From Calditrichales bacterium (GTDB lineage Bacteria > Calditrichota > Calditrichia > Calditrichales > J004), in NCBI GenBank assembly GCA_965267575.1, contig OZ254086.1, positions 1,440,001-1,504,000 of the forward strand: 64,000 nucleotides of DNA. Reading direction: 5' to 3'. Shown here in pieces: positions 1 to 9,987 of this stretch. The translations under genes and the position numbers were made by a program. The notes beneath the pieces were generated by a model that saw only the letters and a program-made list of their open reading frames with translations, did no database searches and had not been told where the DNA came from. Position 1 is the first letter of the stretch. Each line of letters starts with the position of its first letter.

Positions 1-2562
1 GTTTTTGCTGTGCAGAAGGCTCTCCTGCTCGGTTTGCTCTTTTACCGGGAAAAGAATACGGAAGCGCGTGCCATTGTTCACAGAGGTTTCCAGATCGATG
101 GCGCCACGATGGCTGCGCACGATACCCAGCACGGCGGCCAGGCCGAGACCACGGCCGGTGAACTTGGTCGTAAAAAAGGGATCAAAAATACGTTCTACCG
201 TTTCCTGATCCATACCGCTGCCGTTGTCCTCAACCTCAAGATACATGTAGTGGCCTTCAGGGAGATTTTCTTCGTGCAGCGTAGTGTTGAGGTATTGGCG
301 ATCGCAGAACATGGTTTTGGTGCGCACCGCAATACGGCCTCGGCGGTCACCAATGGCTTCGCTGGCATTGGTGATAAGGTTCATGATCACCTGCTGAATT
401 TGCGCGGCATCCGCTTCGAGAGCCGGCAGCGATTCGTCAAAGTCATACTGCAGCTCAACCTTTTTGGATAATGATACCTCAAGCAAATGGGTCATGTCCT
501 CAACCATATCATTGAGGTTGATTGCTTCGACGATAAACTGACCCTTGCCGGAGTAGGCCAGCAGTTGGCGGCATAGGTCGGCCGCCCGCGTTGAGGCCTT
601 TTCGATATTGGCCAGATTTTTCCGCAACGATTTTCCCTCGTCCGGTATCTGCATAATGGCCAGTCCGCAATTACCCATAATCGCCGTTAACAGATTGTTG
701 AAGTCGTGGGCGATGCCGCCTGCCAGAACACCAAGGCTTTCCAGCTTCTGCGAGTGGCGGATCTGCTCCTCAAGCTTACGGCGCTCCTTCTCCGCCAGTA
801 TGCGCTCGGTAATATCCTTTGCTACGCCGACAAAGCGCAGCTCACCGCTGGAATTCTGGTTGCGCGAAACCGATGTGGCATGCCATGCGGGATGGCCGTT
901 TTTGTGGTTGACTTTGTACTCCAGCCCGATCTCGTTTTCGCTGCCCTCCAGAACGCGCTTGAGGCTGGCACTCACTTTGTCGCGGTCTTCCGGAGCGACA
1001 ATCGTCATAAAAGGCTGATGCCGCAGCTCCTCCGTTTTGTAGCCGCTGGCCTGCTCAACGGCAGGCGACAGGTCCGCAAAAGTTGCTTCCGGCGAGAGTG
1101 AAAAAATAACATCCTGGGCATTTTCAAAAATAAAGCGCAGCCGGTCTTCGCTCTCCTGCAGGGCTTTCTCGGCGGTTTTTTTCTCCGAGATATCGCGCAC
1201 GATGCGCATAACGCGTTCTTCGCCGCATTCACTGATGCGCGCCTCAAAGTGGCGTATTTTACCGGTGACGTTAAGGCTGTATTCCATGGTGCAGGTTTCA
1301 CCGCTGGCAAGCGACCTGGCGAAAAGTGTTTTCATTTCGTCGGCCACGTCAGCCGGCAGCACATCGTCAACGGTTTTACCCAGAAAGCCGCTTTCCGGCG
1401 AAGCGGTATTTTTCTCGGCTGCCTGATAATCCAGGTACTTTCCGTCGCGGTTGTGCAGAAAGATCAGGTCGGGAATGGACATCAGCATCGCCTTGTTGCG
1501 CTCTTCGCTTTCCTTTAAGGCTGCTTCGGCTTTTTTGCGCTGATTGACCTCTACCAGAAGCTCCTTGTTTATTGTTGCCAGCTCCAGTGTGCGTTTGTTT
1601 ACACGTTTTTCAAGGTCGTTTTGGATATCCTTCAGCTCGCCTACCGCACGGCGACGCTCCTGGATGGCAACCGCCATGCTGTAACCAACCAATGCGGCAA
1701 TCCCAACAAAAAACTGTGTATGCGTAAGCGCCAGTTGCCTGTCCGGACGCATAAACGGCCCGTAGCCGGACATCGTAGCCAAAACGGCCATGGCGGCCAG
1801 GCCAACCACCGCGGCGGCCGTTTCGCGAGGCGTAAAACGGAAGCTTATCCAGAGCAGAACGATCATTGTCAGAAAGGGAAGAACAGATATAAACTCTTCG
1901 GCGATCATGGGGCCGAATATCAGGAAAATCAACGCGACCGTGAGCGTGAAGACGGAAATTACCTCAAGGAAACCGCCCAATGAAAAATCGAGCTTGCGGT
2001 TTTCGTAAAAGGCAAGCATAAAAGGCGTTATTACCCAAAGGCCAATGATATCTCCCAGCCACCAGGTAAGCCAGCCATTTAGAAAAAGATTACCTTCCAG
2101 CAGGCCGAAAACCAGAAATAAGGTTGCCCCGGGCAGCGAGGTTATAAAGCCAAGCGCCAGTGCCAGGCCAAAAAAGGTGAAGGTGTTTTTTACACTGCTT
2201 AGAAAACCCTTATCAATATTCAGCTGTTTGAGTACGGAGTAACCGATCCAGGCCTGGGCACTCGCAACAAGCGCATCGAACAAGGCAAACAGCACAATCG
2301 ATAAACTCCAGCCGTGGCGCCAGGGCAGCAGGCTGAAAGTAAGTATCAGGGATCCGAAAAAAATAGCCGGCAAAATGCGCTTGCCAAACAGAAGCATAGC
2401 GGCAAGCGCTAACCCTGCGGGCGGCCAAAACGGACTGATAAGAGTTGACGGCGTTGCCAGCAAAAAACCGGTCCACCCTGCGACCGGGAAACCGATGGTT
2501 ACCAGCAGAAAGGTGAGGATCTCTTTTTTATCAGGCGGCTTATCAAAAAAATGTATTGGCAT
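1..2562 (-). CDS. MASE1-PAS-PAS sensor histidine kinase, probably hybrid; 3' end runs off the window start; absent from ORF track
   Basis: Manual translation of segments in one frame from ATG 2562: MASE1-like start (LISPFWPPAGLALAAMLLFG), H-box QKLESLGVLAGGIAHDFNNLL, HATPase RIFDPFFTTKFTGRGLGLAAVLGIV; still open at position 1. Confidence 0.9.
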   Translation of the reverse strand, partial: MPIHFFDKPPDKKEILTFLLVTIGFPVAGWTGFLLATPSTLISPFWPPAGLALAAMLLFGKRILPAIFFGSLILTFSLLPWRHGWSLSIVLFALFDALVASAQAWIGYSVLKQLNIDKGFLSSVKNTFTFFGLALALGFITSLPGATLFLVFGLLEGNLFLNGWLTWWLGDIIGLWVITPFMLAFYENRKLDFSLGGFLEVISVFTLTVALIFLIFGPMIAEEFISVLPFLTMIVLLWISFRFTPRETAAAVVGLAAMAVLATMSGYGPFMRPDRQLALTHTQFFVGIAALVGYSMAVAIQERRRAVGELKDIQNDLEKRVNKRTLELATINKELLVEVNQRKKAEAALKESEERNKAMLMSIPDLIFLHNRDGKYLDYQAAEKNTASPESGFLGKTVDDVLPADVADEMKTLFARSLASGETCTMEYSLNVTGKIRHFEARISECGEERVMRIVRDISEKKTAEKALQESEDRLRFIFENAQDVIFSLSPEATFADLSPAVEQASGYKTEELRHQPFMTIVAPEDRDKVSASLKRVLEGSENEIGLEYKVNHKNGHPAWHATSVSRNQNSSGELRFVGVAKDITERILAEKERRKLEEQIRHSQKLESLGVLAGGIAHDFNNLLTAIMGNCGLAIMQIPDEGKSLRKNLANIEKASTRAADLCRQLLAYSGKGQFIVEAINLNDMVEDMTHLLEVSLSKKVELQYDFDESLPALEADAAQIQQVIMNLITNASEAIGDRRGRIAVRTKTMFCDRQYLNTTLHEENLPEGHYMYLEVEDNGSGMDQETVERIFDPFFTTKFTGRGLGLAAVLGIVRSHRGAIDLETSVNNGTRFRILFPVKEQTEQESLLHSKN

Positions 2563-2668
2563 TTTTGTTAGCTTGTACTTTTGCTAAGGCAATATTCGGC
2601 AGATATTTTTGTAGATTTACGCTTTCAGTTCAGAAAGATGGTAATAGGTCTGAAAAAATACGGGATGA

Positions 2669-3094
2669 GTGTGGATGGTTTACGTAATAGCACAGTTCTT
2701 TTTTCTGGGCATGCTGGCCTGGGTGGCGCCGCTGTGGCCGCTAAAAATCGTGCCCCTGGTTTTGTTAAGCCTGGGTATATTTACCGGGTTGTGGGCGATT
2801 ATAAGTATGGGCTGGCCGTTTAATGTGCGACCGCAAATCCATCCCTCGCGTGAGAAACTGGCAACGCATGGCCTCTACCGCTATGTACGCCACCCGATGT
2901 ATCTTTCGGTTTTGACGGTCGGCGCGGGTCTGTTGCTGCAACGTGTTAATCTGTGGAGCCTGATCGCATTTGCGGGTCTTGTTGTTGCGCTGCTTCTGAA
3001 GTTACACTTTGAGGAAAAGCATTTGCAGCAAAAATTCCCGCAATATGAAGAATACATAAAAAAAAGCAAAAAGCTAATACCGTTTATTTATTGA
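2669..3094 (+). CDS. Isoprenylcysteine carboxyl methyltransferase (ICMT/PEMT-like) membrane protein
   Basis: Hydrophobic helices with LATHGLYRYVRHPMY and EEKHL..KFPQYEEY motifs. Confidence 0.85.
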   Translation: MWMVYVIAQFFFLGMLAWVAPLWPLKIVPLVLLSLGIFTGLWAIISMGWPFNVRPQIHPSREKLATHGLYRYVRHPMYLSVLTVGAGLLLQRVNLWSLIAFAGLVVALLLKLHFEEKHLQQKFPQYEEYIKKSKKLIPFIY

Positions 3095-3561
3095 TCGTTC
3101 CATTCGCGGTAGGGGTATTTTGCCAGCCAGGCATTGTAATAGCGTTTGTCGCCTGTTACTTCTTTGCCCAGCCAGGGCGGTTTGGCAAACTGTTCATCCG
3201 CGTTGTCAAGCTCAATTTCAGCAAGAACAAGTCCGCGGTTTTCGCCTTCAAAGACATCCACTTCCCAGGTTTTTTCCCCGAATTCAATTTTATAGCGCCA
3301 TTTTTCTACCACATTACCGCAATAACGCTCCAACATATATTGGGCTTCCTGCAGCGGGATCTCGTATTCAAATTCATCCCTGGTTAGATTTTCAGCAGGA
3401 CCCTTTATGGTCAGAAAACCCTTGTCGCCGGCGATGCGCAGCCGAACCGTGGTTTTACTGTCTGAGGTTGAAATGTAACCCTGGCGAAAGGGAATTCCTT
3501 TTTCCGATTGTAGCCAGGATGTGTCTGTTATGAGAAATTTGCGCTCGGTTTCTTTTGCCAT
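3088..3561 (-). CDS. CYTH domain protein (triphosphate tunnel metalloenzyme)
   Basis: ETERKFL N-terminal motif, RLRI, WEVDVF, LAEIEL, EVTGDKRYYN. Confidence 0.92.
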   Translation of the reverse strand: MAKETERKFLITDTSWLQSEKGIPFRQGYISTSDSKTTVRLRIAGDKGFLTIKGPAENLTRDEFEYEIPLQEAQYMLERYCGNVVEKWRYKIEFGEKTWEVDVFEGENRGLVLAEIELDNADEQFAKPPWLGKEVTGDKRYYNAWLAKYPYREWNDQ

Positions 3562-3567
3562 AATAAG

Positions 3568-3594
3568 AAAAAAGCCCGCCGGGCAGCGGGCTTT
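3568..3594 (-). terminator. Intrinsic terminator after the barrel-lipoprotein pair
   Basis: AAAGCCCGC-cgggca-GCGGGCTTT hairpin, T-run on the minus strand, just past the stop at 3603. Confidence 0.7.
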
Positions 3595-3602
3595 CGTTTG
3601 GA

Positions 3603-3980
3603 TTATTTTCTGTTAAGTGTCAGCGTTTCCTGCTCTGTGTTGAAAAGCAGCTGGTTTTCTTCCGGCTGTTCTACAAAATAACTGACAACACGGTCATTGT
3701 AGGCAATATCGATTTTCTGGTTATCGGTTATATTCCAGTAGGCTGCTGTCACATTTTCGCCTTCACGGATTTTCAGCGTTCCGTCTTCGGCGAAGGTCCA
3801 GGTAATGTCCCCATTGGTCCAGCTATCGATCAGCTCTACGGATTCCCAGTAATTGTAGCTTCCGTAATAGCTGCCACCAAAACCGGAAGGACTATCGCCG
3901 GCAAAACGGCCGCACTGACATTGGCCCAAAAACAGGGAAGCTACGGCAAGGACTGCGATAATTATTTTGGTCTTTTTCAT
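3603..3980 (-). CDS. Small exported protein or lipoprotein, lipocalin-like beta fold
   Basis: MKKTK signal peptide with LFLGQC; LIDSW..TWTFAEDGT pattern; overlaps the upstream gene by 4 nt. Confidence 0.55.
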   Translation of the reverse strand: MKKTKIIIAVLAVASLFLGQCQCGRFAGDSPSGFGGSYYGSYNYWESVELIDSWTNGDITWTFAEDGTLKIREGENVTAAYWNITDNQKIDIAYNDRVVSYFVEQPEENQLLFNTEQETLTLNRK

Positions 3981-5128
3981 TCTTCACCTCCAAAATTATA
4001 AGTGAGGGAAAGTTGAGTGGCCAGCCTTTCACCCGTATTGCTTATGATTGCGGGTCCGTCAAACAGGATGCCTTCATTAAAAGCGAAGTCCAGGTCAAAA
4101 GCACCAAAGTTCATGGCCAAACCAAGGGAAAGACGGAACTGTGATCCGTCGGTCGTTGATTCGCTGGTTTCCCCACCTTCCGGTTTAGATTCGGTTGTTG
4201 TTTGTACGTTTTCCTGTGCGGCTCCAACACGCCCGGTAAGCCAGCTTGAAATCCGTGATTCTACTCCAACAAAAATTGCCGGTAAGCGTAGGGTCGTTGT
4301 GGTCGTTTCGCCAACATCTTTTGTATCGGCGGTAAGACTGCTGTAGGTAATACCCTCTATACCCACCACAATCAGATTATTTTCACTAATCTCTTTGGAG
4401 ACACCAACGCCCGCCGAGACAGACAAATTGCTGAAATCAACCTCGGTGCCATTGGAAAGCGAACTGCTGCTAAAAACCACGCGACCAACAGGGAAAATAT
4501 TATAGCCGTTTCTTTTCATTAAATGCATACGTCCGTTTGCGTTCAGGCCAAAACCGCTGAATTCCGTGGTTGCATCTCCGACTTTTCTCTCGATGGCGGG
4601 CAGTTCTACCATCAAGCCGAGATCCATCATATTATTTGATAAGCCCGCTAAAACCGAAAGATAGCGAGATGTTTCCTCTACCTTACCGGCACCACTGCCC
4701 GTTTCCGTACCAGACATGGCGCCCATAAAACCAAAGCCAAGATTCATACCACCAAAATTAGCGGCGTACATTAAAGCGTAAGTATTATCAAGCGTGGATG
4801 TAAGCCCGGCGATACTTGCTTCTCCAATTGCAACAAGCGGAGAGGTAATAGGCATATTAATGTACAAGGCAGATGCCGTATTTTGATCATAGCCCATATG
4901 CACGCCAACCGAATAGCTGGGCTGCGTTTTGCGGGCACGCATTTCGGCAACAACCAAATCCTGGTAGTCGGCCAGAGTTGCCGGAAATAAAAAGACGTTG
5001 GCCTGGTCCTCGAGGAAAATACCGGAGCCGCCCATCGTAGCGATGCGCGTTTCACTCGCGAAAACGTTTGTGGCCAGGAAGGTAACAAGAAGGGCAAATA
5101 ACGTGCGCTTCGTAAACGAATTCTTCAT
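3977..5128 (-). CDS. Outer-membrane beta-barrel protein (porin-like)
   Basis: Start moved to ATG 5128 (AGGAG at 5136-5140); signal peptide ending VFA; alternating amphipathic strands; near-terminal LSLTYNF. Confidence 0.7.
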   Translation of the reverse strand: MKNSFTKRTLFALLVTFLATNVFASETRIATMGGSGIFLEDQANVFLFPATLADYQDLVVAEMRARKTQPSYSVGVHMGYDQNTASALYINMPITSPLVAIGEASIAGLTSTLDNTYALMYAANFGGMNLGFGFMGAMSGTETGSGAGKVEETSRYLSVLAGLSNNMMDLGLMVELPAIERKVGDATTEFSGFGLNANGRMHLMKRNGYNIFPVGRVVFSSSSLSNGTEVDFSNLSVSAGVGVSKEISENNLIVVGIEGITYSSLTADTKDVGETTTTTLRLPAIFVGVESRISSWLTGRVGAAQENVQTTTESKPEGGETSESTTDGSQFRLSLGLAMNFGAFDLDFAFNEGILFDGPAIISNTGERLATQLSLTYNFGGEE

Positions 5129-5295
5129 AGTCGATCTCCTGATAGGTGTTGGTTGGAATCCGTTCTGTGAAGATACATCCGTATAAGAAAATATAGCTGA
5201 CTGCACCTCCTTCTTTTAGTGACACTTTCGTTCGAGAAAGAAATTGGGATTAAAAATAGCCTTACGATGCCCTTTTGTAAAGAATTAATTTCAAT

Positions 5296-6531
5296 TTATG
5301 ATTGTGGTGTAAACTGAATGCGATTCATATCCTGGCCGGAGGGTTGCTGGTAAATGTGCAGATCAAACTCCGGTACCACGGCCAAAATGTGGTCGAAAAT
5401 GTCGGCTTGTATGGCTTCGTATTCAACCCAGGCCGTAGTGTTGGTAAACATATATATCTCAAGCGGCAAACCCGTCGCGCCGGGGGCAAGCTGGCGCACC
5501 ATGCAGGTCAGGTCCTGGCGGATGCGCGGATGGTTCTTGATGTATATCTCCACATATTTACGGAACGTACCGATATTGGTAAGCCGCCGGCGGTTTACGA
5601 TCTCGGTGTCATCAATGTTATGTTTCGCATTATGCTCGGAAAGTTCTTTTCTTTTTTCGGATAAATAATCGCGTATCAGGCGGATCTTTTCAAAGCGTTG
5701 CAGAAGAGCTTCGTCGCAAAAGCGAATGCTGTTCAGGTCAATGAAAAGGGAGCGCTTGATGCGCCGTCCGCCGGCCATGGTCATACCGCGCCAGTTCTTA
5801 AAACCTTCTTCAACCAGTTTATATGTCGGGATTACACTGATCGTCTTATCCCAGTTTTGCACCTGTACGGTATGCAGGGCAATGTCAATCACGTCGCCAT
5901 CCGCGCCGTATTTGGGCATTTCGATCCAGTCGCCTACGTGCACGAGATCGTTGCTGGCAATCTGGATGCTGGCAACAAAACTGAGGATCGTGTCGCGGAA
6001 AATAAGCAGGAGAACCGCCGTAAGCGCGCCCAAACCACCGAGCAATGCCCAGGGCGACTTTCCTGTTAAAGAGGCTAACACAAAGATAAAGGCAATCAGA
6101 TATACAAACAGATTGACTATTTGCACATAGCCCTTGATCGGACGCTGCTTTGCGATATCCAAAGTGGAATAATAATTACTGAAGCCGCTGGTGAGTGCCG
6201 TAATGGAGCGGGCGATTATAAACACGATTACGATCTCGCCCACGGCATGAATGATGCCCTGGTAGCTTTTGAACAGAAGCAGCGCGTTATATATGATAAG
6301 TACGGGGATCAGCAGGCTGAGCTTGTCAAAAACACGGCTTTCCAGAATATAGTCGTCAAAACGGACGCGGCTGCGGCGGATCAGGCTTTCCGCCAGCTTA
6401 AGGATAACCCTCTTAAGAAGAAGATGGATGATAAAACCGATAAGAAATATTAAACCGACAAGCACGGCATTACGCCATGGCCCCAGACCTTCCAGCCATT
6501 GCTGCGCATTTTGAAAGATGTATTCAAACAT
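5296..6531 (-). CDS. MscS-family mechanosensitive channel, YbdG/MscM type
   Basis: VGDWIEMPKYGADGDV, QNWDKTI, FKNWRGM, GGRRIKRS, MVRQLAP motifs. Confidence 0.92.
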   Translation of the reverse strand: MFEYIFQNAQQWLEGLGPWRNAVLVGLIFLIGFIIHLLLKRVILKLAESLIRRSRVRFDDYILESRVFDKLSLLIPVLIIYNALLLFKSYQGIIHAVGEIVIVFIIARSITALTSGFSNYYSTLDIAKQRPIKGYVQIVNLFVYLIAFIFVLASLTGKSPWALLGGLGALTAVLLLIFRDTILSFVASIQIASNDLVHVGDWIEMPKYGADGDVIDIALHTVQVQNWDKTISVIPTYKLVEEGFKNWRGMTMAGGRRIKRSLFIDLNSIRFCDEALLQRFEKIRLIRDYLSEKRKELSEHNAKHNIDDTEIVNRRRLTNIGTFRKYVEIYIKNHPRIRQDLTCMVRQLAPGATGLPLEIYMFTNTTAWVEYEAIQADIFDHILAVVPEFDLHIYQQPSGQDMNRIQFTPQS

Positions 6532-7184
6532 TAGGCGTTCTCCCGGTTCTGCAGCAGAATGTTTTCCTTAATGGATTTACCGTCGCTGACAAATTCCCTT
6601 ACGCTGCCGTGCATAATATCCAGGCTGCCGTCGCTGTTATAGCAGACAAAGCTGTTCTTACTCAGCCCCCAGGCCGCGGCATGATCACCGCTGGCCAGCA
6701 GCGTTTTCTTAAGGCCGGACCAGTGACTTTTGTCCGCATGCACGTCAATAAAAAAGGGGATCAGACCTATGCAGGGCGCGATGGCGCTTTCGTTCCAATA
6801 GCCTTTGCCCAGATGAATGGCGCCGGCGGACACCCCCGCCAGCATGCAGCCGTCAACAAAGCGCTCGCGGATAGTCTCAATAAACCCGCCGCTTAATAAA
6901 GCGCTTATTCCCATTATCACATCCCCGCCGGACAACAGGACAAAATCGGCCTGTTTTAAAAAATGCCACTCTTCGTCGCTCGGGCGGGCATGGACGTGGA
7001 CACATTGTTCAATTCCCAGATTGTTCATGGCGCCGCGAAAAAGCTCATAAAATTCCGGCTGGTCGCCATTGGCGGCGCCGATATAGGCAGCGCGGCTTTT
7101 GCCTTTCAGGACGTCGCGTATTTCATCGGAAAAAAGCGGGCGGCTGTCTGCCAGAAGCAAAATGGCTTGCGTTTTAGCGGCCAT
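6531..7184 (-). CDS. Peptidase S51 / cyanophycinase-like protein (class I glutamine amidotransferase fold)
   Basis: YIGAANGD, LSGGD, nucleophile elbow GVSAGA, DVH; start moved to ATG 7184, overlapping the lgt stop. Confidence 0.8.
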   Translation of the reverse strand: MAAKTQAILLLADSRPLFSDEIRDVLKGKSRAAYIGAANGDQPEFYELFRGAMNNLGIEQCVHVHARPSDEEWHFLKQADFVLLSGGDVIMGISALLSGGFIETIRERFVDGCMLAGVSAGAIHLGKGYWNESAIAPCIGLIPFFIDVHADKSHWSGLKKTLLASGDHAAAWGLSKNSFVCYNSDGSLDIMHGSVREFVSDGKSIKENILLQNRENA

Positions 7185-8010
7185 GTTTCTTTTTCTTTTG
7201 CTGTTTGGATTGCTTTGCTTTTGGTTCGGGCTTTGGCGGCAGCGGGCGGTTTTTTGCAGACAGGAAAAAATATAGACCGACAAGCACCAGCGGGATGCTC
7301 AGCATCTGGCCCATGTTCAGGGCCATGGTGGCTTCAAAAGCTTCCTGGTTTTCTTTGAAGTTTTCCACGAAAATGCGGAAGCCGAAAACGAGAATTAAAA
7401 ACAGACCAAAGAGCGAACCCGGAGCGGTCCTTTCTTTCCTTTGGGTATATAAAAAGTAAAGAAAAACAAAAATGATCAGATAGGCGCCGGCCTCATAAAG
7501 TTGCGCAGGATGGCGCGGTATCATATCCACGCGCGTAAATGTGAAGGCCCACGGCACATCGCTGGGTTTGCCGATAATCTCGGAGTTGAACAGGTTGCCA
7601 AGCCGGATAAAACTTCCGGCAAGCGCGACCGGGATTACGACGCGGTCCAGCAGCCATAGAAAATTAAAGTGCGGCCTGCGCTTGACAAAAAGGTAGAGGG
7701 CTATAATGATTCCGGCGGCTCCGCCATGGCTGGCAAGACCACCTTCCCAAACTTTGAATATTTCTAAGGGATTGCTGAAATAGTGCCCCGGATTGTAAAA
7801 CAGAACATGGCCCAGGCGCGCGCCCACAACGGTTCCGATCAGCACATAAACAAGCAGGTCATCCACTTCAAGAGGATCATGGTTTTCCCACTTGAAAAAA
7901 CGCTTCATGAGAAACAGGCCCAGCAGAAACGAAACAAGAAAAAGAAGACTGTAGTAGCGGATCGAAATAAAACCGAAAGAAAATATTTCCGGGTCAACGG
8001 ACCAGGTCAT
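7174..8010 (-). CDS. lgt: Prolipoprotein diacylglyceryl transferase
   Basis: GARLGHVLFY, WEGGLASHGG, IRLGNLFNSE, RHPAQLYE. Confidence 0.96.
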   Translation of the reverse strand: MTWSVDPEIFSFGFISIRYYSLLFLVSFLLGLFLMKRFFKWENHDPLEVDDLLVYVLIGTVVGARLGHVLFYNPGHYFSNPLEIFKVWEGGLASHGGAAGIIIALYLFVKRRPHFNFLWLLDRVVIPVALAGSFIRLGNLFNSEIIGKPSDVPWAFTFTRVDMIPRHPAQLYEAGAYLIIFVFLYFLYTQRKERTAPGSLFGLFLILVFGFRIFVENFKENQEAFEATMALNMGQMLSIPLVLVGLYFFLSAKNRPLPPKPEPKAKQSKQQKKKKHGR

Positions 8011-8074
8011 GGACTACCTTTCTTTATAGTTAACAGGAAATTTCTGCTTTTAAACCACACGATGCAAGTGGCAA

Positions 8075-8653
8075 TCAGCTCGTTTCGATGACCCGGCGGA
8101 TGGTGTCGCGCAAACGCGGAAGCAATTCGTCCTCGAACCAGGGATGACGCTTAAACCAGGCCTGGTTGCGTGGAGAAGGGTGCGGCAAAGGCCACGTTTC
8201 AGGAGCAAACTCCTGCCAGCATTCCACGTTACGGGTAAGATTGCCCCGGTGGTTTTGAGCGAGATAGTAGCTGTGCGCGTATTGTCCGCAAAGCAGCGTC
8301 GCGGAAATATTTTTCAAGGCGGGAATAAGACGATCAAAAAATAACAGGCTGCATTCTTTGCGCGGCGGCAGGTCTCCGCTTTTGCTTTTGCCGGGGTAGC
8401 AGAAACCCATCGGGACCAGCGCAAAAAGGGCGGGATCGTAAAACTGCTCTTTGCTGACATTAAGCCAGCGCCGTAGCCGGTCTCCACTTGGGTCGTTCCA
8501 AGGGATGCCGGTTTGGTGAGCGGCGCGTCCCGGTGCCTGCCCGGCAATCAGGATTTTTGATTGGGATGATGCCTGAAGCAACGGAGCCGGCCCCAAAGGT
8601 AGCTGATCCGCGCAATATGTGCAGGAACGAATTTCCCGAAGCAGCGAATCCAT
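8075..8653 (-). CDS. Uracil-DNA glycosylase family protein
   Basis: CTYC, GQAPG, PWNDPSGDRLR, PMGFCYPG, LPHPSPRN. Confidence 0.9.
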   Translation of the reverse strand: MDSLLREIRSCTYCADQLPLGPAPLLQASSQSKILIAGQAPGRAAHQTGIPWNDPSGDRLRRWLNVSKEQFYDPALFALVPMGFCYPGKSKSGDLPPRKECSLLFFDRLIPALKNISATLLCGQYAHSYYLAQNHRGNLTRNVECWQEFAPETWPLPHPSPRNQAWFKRHPWFEDELLPRLRDTIRRVIETS

Positions 8654-9270
8654 CAGGATGATGAGAGTTCTTTTATGATTTTGTCCAGGCGGCGTTGACG
8701 CGTTTCCTCTTCCTTGGCCTGCTCCACGGAAATAACTATTTCTTTTTTGCGGGTATAGGAAAGCTTTTCAAAAGCTTCCGTAAGACCGGCCTCTTCCAGC
8801 TTATCGCTGAGTGCGTCGGGAAGGCTTTTGATCTCGCGGTCCTCAAAATCAATATGCTTTGATTGCTTCGGTCTGGATTTGACCTGCTCCTTTATCCGCA
8901 GCCTCATTGCCGACCAGACATCGCTGAGAGCTATCTGGGAAACCGCGCGTAAGTTAAAATCAGCTGCCATTTCCATGATCCGGTCACGATTAAGATCGCC
9001 CTGTTCGCCCTTGGCATATGCAGTCCAGATGATTGTTTCATCAGAACTTTGTTCCAGCGTCCGGTCCAGCTTTTCTTCAAAATCTTCGGCATCGTTTACA
9101 AAGGCGATGATCCAGTCGGCTATCGCGTCATGGCTCTCCATATCGACGATGCTGCATCCCTCCGGCAGTGGCTTCAATGCCGCAGTAATCTCCTGTGGCG
9201 CATCGATAAGCAGGACTTTGTAGTTTATGTTGAGTTGCAGTTTTTTGTGTAAAGGATTTGCAGACATCAT
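8653..9270 (-). CDS. YdeI/OmpD-associated (OmdA) domain protein with DUF3052-like N-terminus
   Basis: IWTAYAKG..DLNRD..WSAMRLR and C-terminal FEKLSYTRKKE..AKEEETRQRRL. Confidence 0.75.
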   Translation of the reverse strand: MMSANPLHKKLQLNINYKVLLIDAPQEITAALKPLPEGCSIVDMESHDAIADWIIAFVNDAEDFEEKLDRTLEQSSDETIIWTAYAKGEQGDLNRDRIMEMAADFNLRAVSQIALSDVWSAMRLRIKEQVKSRPKQSKHIDFEDREIKSLPDALSDKLEEAGLTEAFEKLSYTRKKEIVISVEQAKEEETRQRRLDKIIKELSSS

Positions 9271-9981
9271 TTATCTCAGCCTTGCCAGTTCAACATCAAT
9301 TTGCCCAATTAAACCCGAAGCGTCATTAAAATACTCTCTGTAGTATTGGATTATGGAGCTCTTAAAAATTCTGTTGACTATCAGAGAATTACGAAAATAT
9401 TTTTGCTCCATGAGCTCTTCATAAAGGGCTTTTCCCGATTTTGTTTTTCTCATCGGATTATCGACAAAAAACATTGTCGCGTCTTTCATCAGGAATGGTA
9501 TAAACTGTTCAAGCACCATGCTGCGATCTATATAACTATACTCCTTTAAAACCAGGGCTTTGTCATTGTATAGTTCCACAACCCTTTTTAAAAGGGCCTT
9601 GTTTGAGATTATGTTGAGCTGCCCGGTTTCTTTCAGCTGTTCATATCCGGTACTGTTTTTATTAAACGTGGTATATGTGGCGTAGGCCGTTAAGGCGGTT
9701 ATTATACTGTCCCTGTTTGCCTGCGCATCTCCCTGGTACAATCGAATCATATAGTTAAGCGCACTATCAAACTTATCCATTTGCTTGATTTCATTATTGA
9801 TCATGGTTGTGTCGGCAACCAGGTCATCACGCAAACTTTCCAAAGCCCGGATCTCGGCCTCGGCCATGTTGCGGTCCGCGCGCCATTCATTTAGCAAAAA
9901 AGAGAGCGTAATACCAACGATAATAACACCTATCTCAAGCAGGTATTCTGGCCAGCGGCGCTTTAGTGTATCAATAAACAT
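9271..9981 (-). CDS. Membrane-anchored helical hypothetical protein (DUF6090-like)
   Basis: YLLEIGVIIVGITLSFLLNEW followed by YEQLKETGQLNIISN. Confidence 0.65.
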   Translation of the reverse strand: MFIDTLKRRWPEYLLEIGVIIVGITLSFLLNEWRADRNMAEAEIRALESLRDDLVADTTMINNEIKQMDKFDSALNYMIRLYQGDAQANRDSIITALTAYATYTTFNKNSTGYEQLKETGQLNIISNKALLKRVVELYNDKALVLKEYSYIDRSMVLEQFIPFLMKDATMFFVDNPMRKTKSGKALYEELMEQKYFRNSLIVNRIFKSSIIQYYREYFNDASGLIGQIDVELARLR

Positions 9982-9987
9982 GATTGT

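Noticed and set aside
5-2587. Many short plus-strand ORFs in the track
   Set aside because: Antisense shadows of the minus-strand kinase gene
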